Shown here in pieces: positions 56,868 to 64,000 of a stretch of DNA of 64,000 bases. Origin of the DNA: an uncultured delta proteobacterium (GTDB taxonomy: Bacteria; Myxococcota_A; Polyangia; Palsa-1104); contig CAWAWS010000039.1 of the NCBI GenBank assembly GCA_963785725.1, forward strand, positions 704,001-768,000, given 5' to 3'. Numbering within the stretch: position 1 is the stretch's first letter; each line of letters opens with the position of its first letter. The position numbers and the translations under genes are program-made. The notes beneath the pieces were generated by a model that saw only the letters and a list, made by a program, of their open reading frames with translations, was not told where the DNA came from and did no database searches.

Positions 56868-57947
56868 TCATGACTTCGCCTGCGCGTCGATGTGCACCAG
56901 CAGATCCTTCCACGCGTCGTCGAACGACTTGGCGCCGTCGCTCTGCAGCTTGTCGGCGAGCGCGCCGACGTCGAGGCCGGCCGCCGCGTACTCGGCCAGC
57001 ACCGCATCGCAATCGCCACCATCGGCCGGCATCTCCTCGCCGATCTCGCCGTGCTCGTAGAGCGCCACCAGCGTCTTGTCGGGCATGGTGTCGACGGTGA
57101 ACGGGGCCGCGAGGCCGTGCACATAAAAGGTGTCGGGCTCGTTCGGATCTTTGGTGCTCGTGCTCGCCCACAACAGGCGCTGCATGCGCGCGCCGCTGTT
57201 CTGCAGGCGCTGCCAGCGCTCGCCGTCCATGAGCTGCCGATAGGCGCGATAGATGCTGCGTCCGACCGCCAGCGCCAGCCGATCTTTGAGCGGCGCCGCC
57301 ACGCGCGGGTTGGCCGCTTTGTCCCAGCGCGACATGAACACCGACGCCACCGAGCCGACGCGCGGGCTCAGCCCGGCCTCGATGCGCCGCTCGATGCCGC
57401 GCAAGTAGGCCTCGGCTGCGCCGCGATATTGCTCGGTCGAGAAGAGCAGCGTCACGTTGACCGGTACGCCGGCGGCGATGCACTCCTCGATGGCCACGCG
57501 TCCTTCGACGGTGCCGGGGATCTTGACGAACAGGTTGGGCCGCGCGGCGCGCTCGTGCAGCTTCTTGGCCGCGGCGATGGTGCTCTTGGCGTCGTACGCC
57601 AGAAGTGGCGAGACCTCGAGCGACACCCAGCCGTCGACGCCGTCGGTGCGCTCGTGGATGGGCAGAAACAGATCGGCGGCGCGCCGCAGATCCTCGATCG
57701 CCAGGTCGAAGAACAGCTCCTCGCCGGTGAGGCCGCGCGCGGCCTTGTCGCGAATCGCCGCGTCGTAGTCACCCGACGCGATCGCCTTGTCGAAGATGGA
57801 GGGGTTCGAGGTCAGCCCCGTCACCGCGTACTGCTCGACGTAACGTGCGATCTGTCCCGAGTCGAGCATCCTGCGCGTAATGTTGTCGAGCCAAAGACTT
57901 TGTCCCTCGCCATGCAGCCGCTCCGTCGCTCTCATCGCGTCCTCCAT
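56868..57947 (-). CDS. tal: Transaldolase
   Basis: QSLWLDNI, GLTSNPSIF, VSLEVSP, FVKIPGT, NVTLLFS and QRLLWAST. Confidence 0.95.
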   Translation of the reverse strand: MEDAMRATERLHGEGQSLWLDNITRRMLDSGQIARYVEQYAVTGLTSNPSIFDKAIASGDYDAAIRDKAARGLTGEELFFDLAIEDLRRAADLFLPIHERTDGVDGWVSLEVSPLLAYDAKSTIAAAKKLHERAARPNLFVKIPGTVEGRVAIEECIAAGVPVNVTLLFSTEQYRGAAEAYLRGIERRIEAGLSPRVGSVASVFMSRWDKAANPRVAAPLKDRLALAVGRSIYRAYRQLMDGERWQRLQNSGARMQRLLWASTSTKDPNEPDTFYVHGLAAPFTVDTMPDKTLVALYEHGEIGEEMPADGGDCDAVLAEYAAAGLDVGALADKLQSDGAKSFDDAWKDLLVHIDAQAKS

Positions 57948-57972
57948 CGCTTGAATGGTCGTTGCCTAACGA

Positions 57973-57988
57973 AGCAACTGGCATGCCT
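57973..57988 (-). promoter_or_regulatory. Sigma54 -24/-12 promoter
   Basis: AGGCATGCCAGTTGCT upstream of tal. Confidence 0.55.
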
Positions 57989-58083
57989 TGGCGATGTCGC
58001 GCTCGGGCCTAACTTCGATTCTCGAGAGCATCTCGATGAACGTCGCGAAGGCCAACCGCGACAATGCCGAGCGCTGCCCGACC

Positions 58084-58995
58084 TCAGCCGATCCCCAGGC
58101 GCGCTGCCCAGCCGGCGATATAGGTCTTCAGGAACGCCATGAACTCGTCGGCGCCTTCGGGCAGCGAGCGGCCGCGCTGCGTGACCTGTTGGAACTCCAT
58201 GTTCACCGTCGGTCCGACGAGCCGGCTCATGACGATCCCGCGATCCTTACAGAGCGCCAGGCCGAACGACGGGATCACGGCGACGCCTTCGTCCGCCTCG
58301 ACGAGCGCGACCTGCGTCTCCAGCAGATTCGCGACACAGCCGACCTCGCAGCGCACGCGCGACTTGGCCAGCTGCCGATCGATCACCTGCTGATGCGGGC
58401 TGGACGCGTCGAGCGCGATGAGCGTCTCGCCCGCGAGCGCCGACCACGGCACGTCGCTGCCCGTCACGGCGCCGCCGCGGCGCGCGCGGATGAGCGCCAG
58501 TGAAAAGCGAAACAGGGGCACGCGACGTAACCCGGGCACGCTCTTGAAGAGCCCGACGCCGATGTCGAGCTGCCCCGCCTGCAGCTGACGCAGCACCGTG
58601 TCCTGATCGGCGTCGCACAGGCGCACGCGCAGCTCGGGCCGATGACGACGATATTCGCGCATCGCCTGCGGCAAAACATTGGCGGCGACGAGCGGCGTCG
58701 TCCCGAGCGCGACGATCTGACGCTTGCCGCGCGCGCTGCGGCCGACGCGCGCCATCGCCTCGTCGAGCTCGTCGAGATGGCGGCGCGTCGCGTCGAGCAG
58801 GTCGGCGCCGTGACGCGTCAACTGCACCTGCCGGGTCGTGCGATCGAACAGGCGATAGCCGAGCTGCCGCTCGAGCTCGCGAATGAGCACGCTCAAGCCC
58901 GACGGCGTGATGAACAGCGCCTGCGCCGCGCGCGCGAAGCTGCGATGGTCGGCCACCAGATGGAAGGCGCGCAGCTGTCGCGAGGTGAATTCCAT
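58084..58995 (-). CDS. LysR family transcriptional regulator
   Basis: SFARAAQALFITPSGLS..IRELE; T-N11-A box ATGAGTTTCTATCAT just upstream. Confidence 0.92.
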   Translation of the reverse strand: MEFTSRQLRAFHLVADHRSFARAAQALFITPSGLSVLIRELERQLGYRLFDRTTRQVQLTRHGADLLDATRRHLDELDEAMARVGRSARGKRQIVALGTTPLVAANVLPQAMREYRRHRPELRVRLCDADQDTVLRQLQAGQLDIGVGLFKSVPGLRRVPLFRFSLALIRARRGGAVTGSDVPWSALAGETLIALDASSPHQQVIDRQLAKSRVRCEVGCVANLLETQVALVEADEGVAVIPSFGLALCKDRGIVMSRLVGPTVNMEFQQVTQRGRSLPEGADEFMAFLKTYIAGWAARLGIG

Positions 58996-59080
58996 TCATG
59001 AGTTTCTATCATCAATAGGCGATTATTCGGAACTGGTTGTTGACGACCGCCGGGACTAGGTTGGTTTCAAGGAGGCGGTC

Positions 59081-59797
59081 ATGGAAACCAAGAAGGTGGC
59101 GATCAAGAACGTGGTGCTGGTGCATGGTGGCTTCGTCGACGGCTCGGGTTGGCTGGGCGTGCACACGGAGCTGCGCCGGCGCGGGTACAAAGTCACCGTC
59201 GTGCAGAACCCGACGACCTCGCTCGCCGACGACGTCGCGGCGACCCAGCGCGCGCTGGCGGCGCAGGATGGTCCGGCGATGCTCGTCGGCCACTCGTACG
59301 GCGGCGTGGTCATCACGCAGGCCGGCCACGATCCCAAGGTGGCGGCGCTCGTCTACGTCGCCGCGTTCGCGCCGGACACGGGCGAGTCGGTGGCGTCGCT
59401 CATCAAAGATCCGCCGGCGGGCGCGCCGGTGCCGCCGATTCTCCCGCCGCAAGCTGGCCTGCTCTATCTCGACCGGGACAAGTTCGCCGCGTCGTTCGCG
59501 GCCGACGTCGCGCCGGACGTGGCCGCGTTCATGGCGGACTCGCAGGTGCCGTGGGGCGTCGATGCGCTGGCCGGCGCGGTGACCGGGACGCCGGCGTGGA
59601 AGGAGCAGCCGAGCTTGTACATCGTGGCCACCGACGACCGCATGATCCCGCCGCCGGCGCAGCGTGCGATGGCGACTCGCGCCGGCGCGACCGTCGTCGA
59701 GGTCAAGGGCAGCCACTCGGTGTACGTCTCGCAGCCGCTGGTGGTCGCCGGCGCGATCGCGCAAGCCGCGCAGGCGGCGCAGGCGGCGCGGCGCTGA
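59081..59797 (+). CDS. Alpha/beta hydrolase
   Basis: VLVHG, GHSYGG, DRMIPP and GSH. Confidence 0.92.
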   Translation: METKKVAIKNVVLVHGGFVDGSGWLGVHTELRRRGYKVTVVQNPTTSLADDVAATQRALAAQDGPAMLVGHSYGGVVITQAGHDPKVAALVYVAAFAPDTGESVASLIKDPPAGAPVPPILPPQAGLLYLDRDKFAASFAADVAPDVAAFMADSQVPWGVDALAGAVTGTPAWKEQPSLYIVATDDRMIPPPAQRAMATRAGATVVEVKGSHSVYVSQPLVVAGAIAQAAQAAQAARR

Positions 59798-59806
59798 ACG
59801 CGATGA

Positions 59807-59847
59807 CGCGCGGACCGGTGGCGCGTGCGCGGCCACCGGTCCGCGCG
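59807..59847 (+). terminator. 16-bp GC hairpin after the hydrolase gene (terminator-like, no U-tract)
   Basis: CGCGCGGACCGGTGGC / GCCACCGGTCCGCGCG. Confidence 0.45.
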
Positions 59848-60136
59848 CTGCGGATGCGTCATCACGAGCGCCGCCTTAGCTGGTGCGCTGTCTCGCATAG
59901 GTGACACTGTCTCTTGCGCGGGTCGATCGCGGCCGTAAAGCCAGCGCCGTCGGCGCTCCGCAGCGACGAGAAACGCGCTAGCGCCTTCTCGCGCCGACAA
60001 CAGCGTGTTGTCATGACTGGGACAGTCGATAAGAACGAGATCTATATTCGTTTTCTCCCGCGCGCGCGCGTTTTGCTGCGGACTGGACTCCCACGTCGAC
60101 CGGCCGCAGGTGCGCGATTTCACGCAGTCGCCGACG

Positions 60137-60152
60137 TGGCCCTCCGCTTGCG
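60137..60152 (+). promoter_or_regulatory. Sigma54 -24/-12 promoter
   Basis: TGGCCCTCCGCTTGCG upstream of the first GH12. Confidence 0.5.
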
Positions 60153-60189
60153 AAGGGGCGACGCAATGGACCCTCGCCAGGAGGAACTA

Positions 60190-61437
60190 ATGATTGTGAC
60201 CCGTCGATTAGCTTTACGACTCTGTGCTCTATTCGTGTGTCCGTCGATTCTCATGACGGGTTGTGGAAGCGCCGCCGAGGGCACGGTGCAAGAAGCGTCG
60301 GTTGCTCTTTACGGCTACAGCACTGAAGGAGACGTGACCGCGGAGACCTCCGGCGACTTCTCGCGTCTCGCTTACAACGGCAATTATGCGGTCGAGAACA
60401 ACGACTGGGGCGTCGGGCAAAACGGCCAGGGCGGCTCGACCAGCTTCATCGAGACGAACAATACGATCGGCTGGGCCTGGAACGTTTATAACGGCACCAA
60501 CGTCGTCATCTATCCCGAGGTCGGCTACGGCTGGAGCCCCAACGGCAATTCGTCGTGGGGCGGCAATCCGACGATTCCACAGCTGAGCGCTAACCAGACG
60601 ATTACCTCGAACTTCAATATCCGCGGGCAATACTCGCAGGGCGGCACGTGGGATATGGCCTACGACATCTGGATTACGTCGGCGCAGCATCCCGCGAATA
60701 CAGTCGGCAGCTTCGAGCTCATGATCTGGCTCGACCACAATCAGAACGGTCCGTGGAGCACGCAAGGACCGCAAGGCGTCGTCAATATCGACGGCGTCAA
60801 TTATCAGCGATATACCAACGCCGGCGCCGCGAATTGGACTTGCCTCACCTATATCAACCAAGGAGCGGGCATTTATAACGGGACGAGCTTCAATATCTCC
60901 GACGTCATCAAGGACGCGGCGGCCAAGTTCGGCATCCCGAATAGCTACTACGTCTCGTCTATCGAGTTCGGCAATGAGGCCGTCAACGGCTCGGGCATGC
61001 TTGAGATCTCGAACTGGGCCATCAACATTGGGAATGCGCCGCCGCCCCCGCCGCCGCCGCCGGCGAACGCGGCCAACTTCCAGCTCAACGCGTGGCAGTA
61101 CAACCAGGAGCAGGGTTTGACGGTGTGGAACGGCGGCATCGGCAACTTCAATGCCGGCAATTGGCTCGAATTCAACGCGGTCAATTTCTCGACCGGCTAC
61201 GACAACTATGCCATTTGGTACGCGACGACGGAGCCGGGCACGTTCGACCTCCGCATCGACAGCCCGACCGGCGCGAAGCTGTGCACGGTGGCGACCAGCC
61301 CGACGGGCGGCTGGGCCGATTACGTCTGGGGCGGCTGCGCGCTGGATCCGTCGCTGGCGAATGGCGTTCACAATCTGTATCTCGTCGCCACCAGCGGCGC
61401 ATCGAATCTCGGAACCATGTGGATCAAGAATCAGTAA
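60190..61437 (+). CDS. GH12 glycoside hydrolase lipoprotein with Pro linker and CBM6-like module
   Basis: NNDWG, YDIW, FELMIWL and IEFGNE; PPPPPPP linker; WLEFNAVNF, IDSPTG and TGGW. Confidence 0.87.
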   Translation: MIVTRRLALRLCALFVCPSILMTGCGSAAEGTVQEASVALYGYSTEGDVTAETSGDFSRLAYNGNYAVENNDWGVGQNGQGGSTSFIETNNTIGWAWNVYNGTNVVIYPEVGYGWSPNGNSSWGGNPTIPQLSANQTITSNFNIRGQYSQGGTWDMAYDIWITSAQHPANTVGSFELMIWLDHNQNGPWSTQGPQGVVNIDGVNYQRYTNAGAANWTCLTYINQGAGIYNGTSFNISDVIKDAAAKFGIPNSYYVSSIEFGNEAVNGSGMLEISNWAINIGNAPPPPPPPPANAANFQLNAWQYNQEQGLTVWNGGIGNFNAGNWLEFNAVNFSTGYDNYAIWYATTEPGTFDLRIDSPTGAKLCTVATSPTGGWADYVWGGCALDPSLANGVHNLYLVATSGASNLGTMWIKNQ

Positions 61438-61671
61438 CGCCGTAAGAGTAAGGGGTGGTGCCGCACTGCAATCGTCAGTCGAGCTGCAATACCAACAGTC
61501 GGAACGGAGCCGTCCGCGAGTCGTCGATGCGATGACCGGTCTTGCGCAGAGGTCACGCGTGCTCGGTTCGGCGTCTTGCCTATTGGCCTCCACCATTGAA
61601 TGTCGCAGATGACGCAAGCGCGCCTATTCGAGTGCGTCTTCACCTCGCGATTCCGAATCGAGGAGCCTGTG

Positions 61672-62828
61672 ATGTGGAACAATCGATCCATCTTTCGAGT
61701 TTCCGCGCCGGCAATCGTGTCAGCCCTGGTCGCCATGGGTTGTAGCGGCGGCGCCGACGTTGCGGTGCGGGCGGCGTCGATCAAGCCGGCGACGGTCAAT
61801 TTTTATGGCTACGACACCGAAGGCGACGTCACCGCGCAGACCTCGGGGAATTTTGCGCGTCTCGCATACAAGGGCGACTACGCAGTCGAGAACAACGACT
61901 GGGGCGTCGGACAGAACGGCCAGGGCGGCTCGACCAGCTTCTTGGAAACGAACAACACCATTGGCTGGGCCTGGAATGTCTATAACGGCACCAACGTCGT
62001 CATCTATCCCGAAATCGGCTATGGCTGGAGCCCAACGGCAATGCTTCGTGGGGCGGCAATCCAATCATCCCGCAGCTGAGCGAGCACAAGACGATTACGT
62101 CGAGCTTCAACATTCGCGGCCAATACTCGCAGGGTGGCACGTGGGACATGGCCTACGATATCTGGATCACGTCGGCGCAGTATCCCACCAACACCATCGG
62201 CAGCTTCGAGCTGATGATCTGGCTCGATCACAACCAGAACGCGGCGTGGAGCACGAAGGGACCGCAAGGGCTCGTCACGATCGGCGGCGTGAGCTATCAG
62301 CGCTACACCAATGCCGGAGCCGCCAATTGGACCTGCCTCTCGTACGTCAATCAAGGCGCGGGCGTCTATGATGGAAGCAACTTCAACGTCTCCGATGTCA
62401 TCGCCGATGCCGCGGCGACGTTCGGCATTCCAGCTGATTACTACGTCTCGTCGATCGAGTTCGGCAACGAGGCGGTCAACGGCTCGGGCATGCTCGAGAT
62501 CGCAAACTGGGCCATCGACATCACCGATGGGCCGGCCGGCGGCAGCGACGCCGGCGGTGTGGGCGGCAGCGTCGACCTGGGCGGCGTCGCCGATGACGCC
62601 GGCTCCGGTGACGCCGGCATGCGCGAAGCTGATATGAGCGGCTATCGTGAGGGCGGCGCGGGCGGCACCGGCAACTTGGGCGGGACGGCCGATGCCGGCA
62701 GCGGCGGCAATCACGCCCACGGTGGCTGCAGTGTGTCCGGCGCGTCGGAGCCCGGCAGTGCCGTGCTTTGGCTGCTCATCGTCGCGCTGGCCGTGCCGTA
62801 TCGTCGTTCCCGTCGCTCGCGCCAATAG
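61672..62828 (+). pseudogene. Second GH12 paralogue, frameshifted, with MYXO-CTERM-like sorting tail
   Basis: Near-identical catalytic domain; CCC at 62031-62033 versus CCCC in the paralogue; tail GGCSVSG...LWLLIVALAVPYRRSRR. Confidence 0.82.
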
Positions 62829-62849
62829 CTGCGCCCGCACGATTGCGAG

Positions 62850-63308
62850 TCACTCGCGTGAGTGGGTCTGCTGGTTCGGCTTGATGCCCAACAGTGGCAG
62901 GCCGGTCACCGGCTGCCCGTCGCGCGAGATCGCGTGGCTGAAGTCGAGCTGCACGACGTCGTCGTCGAGCACACCATCGAGGTTGAAGCGCAGGTTCACG
63001 GTGTGATCGCCGCCGCCGGGGATTCGGTAGGTCGACTGCAGCCCGCCCGGCACGCGGGTCCGCCGCTCGCCGAGCGGCGTCACCATCACGACCGCGTCGC
63101 GATCGACCACCAAGGGCTCGCGGCCGACGTTGACGACCTCGCACGTGATGATGTCGCTGAAGATGCTGACGAGGCCGACGCGAACGTCGGCGCCTTCGAC
63201 CTGGCGCGTCGCGCTCACGTTCGCCACCGGCACCATCGCGGTCGTCTGCGTGGTCGCGCATCCGCTCGTGAGCGCCATCACGAAGCACAACAAGGTCTTC
63301 ATCGGCAT
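62850..63308 (-). CDS. Hypothetical lipoprotein
   Basis: Lipobox LTSGC; Ig-like strand pattern. Confidence 0.65.
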   Translation of the reverse strand: MPMKTLLCFVMALTSGCATTQTTAMVPVANVSATRQVEGADVRVGLVSIFSDIITCEVVNVGREPLVVDRDAVVMVTPLGERRTRVPGGLQSTYRIPGGGDHTVNLRFNLDGVLDDDVVQLDFSHAISRDGQPVTGLPLLGIKPNQQTHSRE

Positions 63309-63391
63309 GGCCTGCTGACGTCGAGCATGGCCAAATATTCACACACGAATAGCGCTTGGTAAAACGATCCGAGCAGCTCGCTGTGCGGCGT

Positions 63392-63983
63392 TCAAAACGT
63401 GCCCGCCAGCCCGGTGGGCGACAGCGAGACGGAGGTGGCGGGCGCCTCACGGACGCCCCGGGTCACACCGGCCGCGTAGGACCACAAGACCGAGCCGACC
63501 GACGAGACGGTGACGCCGACTGCGCTCAGCGCCACGCCGACGTCGAACGCGGGCTTGCTGGCGTCGGCGCTGAGGTTGAAGACGCACAGAAGTAGGCCGG
63601 ACACCAGCGTGGCGACTCCGACAAATGTGGCCGTCGCGGGAGCCTTCTCGCGGTTCAGCGCCCGCGCTTCGGCGCTGTCGAGCAGCCCGACCTTCCAATT
63701 CGCGCGCAGCCCGCGCTGGTAGCCGATGCCGTACACCAGCTCGGACAGCGTGGAGGTCAGCGTCGTGAGCCCAGCCGTCGAGATGAGGCCGATACCTGCG
63801 AAGCGCCCGCTATTGCCGAGGTCGGCCGCGGCCAGCCCGGCGCCAAGCATCGCAGCGACAACGCTCACGCCGACGACATGGCGGGCGCGCAGCTCCGGCC
63901 GGCGCAGCGGTGGCAACGACTCGGTCGCCGAGGACGAGCGCATGAGAGCCAATGTGAGCAGGAGCACGGTCGCTAGACGCATG
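63392..63983 (-). CDS. Hypothetical membrane protein
   Basis: Signal peptide, Gly-rich hydrophobic helices and C-terminal SLSPTGLAGTF. Confidence 0.6.
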
Positions 63984-64000
63984 AGGCGGTGCGACAGCAA

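Noticed and set aside
60100..60185. Possible c-di-GMP riboswitch (GACGCAA-like segment) upstream of GH12
   Set aside because: Lacks the GGCAAA/GAAA-tetraloop architecture; better explained as a sigma54 promoter
1..64000. rRNA, tRNA, CRISPR arrays, IS elements, integrases and prophage genes
   Set aside because: None recognisable in the window

Overview
GC-rich bacterial chromosomal window, most likely Myxococcota/Polyangia-like. That assignment is inferred from a MYXO-CTERM-like tail, a myxobacterial ECF/anti-sigma gene trio and many sigma54-type promoters. It holds about 60 protein-coding genes. I found no rRNA, tRNA, CRISPR array, transposase or integrase. Ordinary content: XPB helicase and its partner, KptA, M16 protease, PTS enzyme I, transaldolase, LysR/TetR regulators, oxidoreductases and MFS transporters. 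Main highlights: (1) a compact RiPP operon in which an unannotated 52-aa precursor (double-Gly-like leader, CPTCG core) is followed by a DUF692/MNIO enzyme and a 73-aa partner; (2) an Npt1/AAA-type nucleotide translocase and an Omp85 barrel, divergent from a lipoprotein with an atypical-kinase motif set, which suggests a periplasmic ATP-fuelled kinase system; (3) a DUF4157 protein with an unknown toxin-like C-terminus and a downstream candidate immunity gene; (4) a YCII/ECF42-sigma deletion chimera; (5) a histidine kinase with Asn in place of its phospho-His, next to four consecutive sigma54 promoters; (6) duplicated GH12 genes with different C-terminal modules. Three single-base frameshifts (~3698, ~53817, ~62031) may be sequencing errors. 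All family calls are from motif recognition by eye; no database searches were run.
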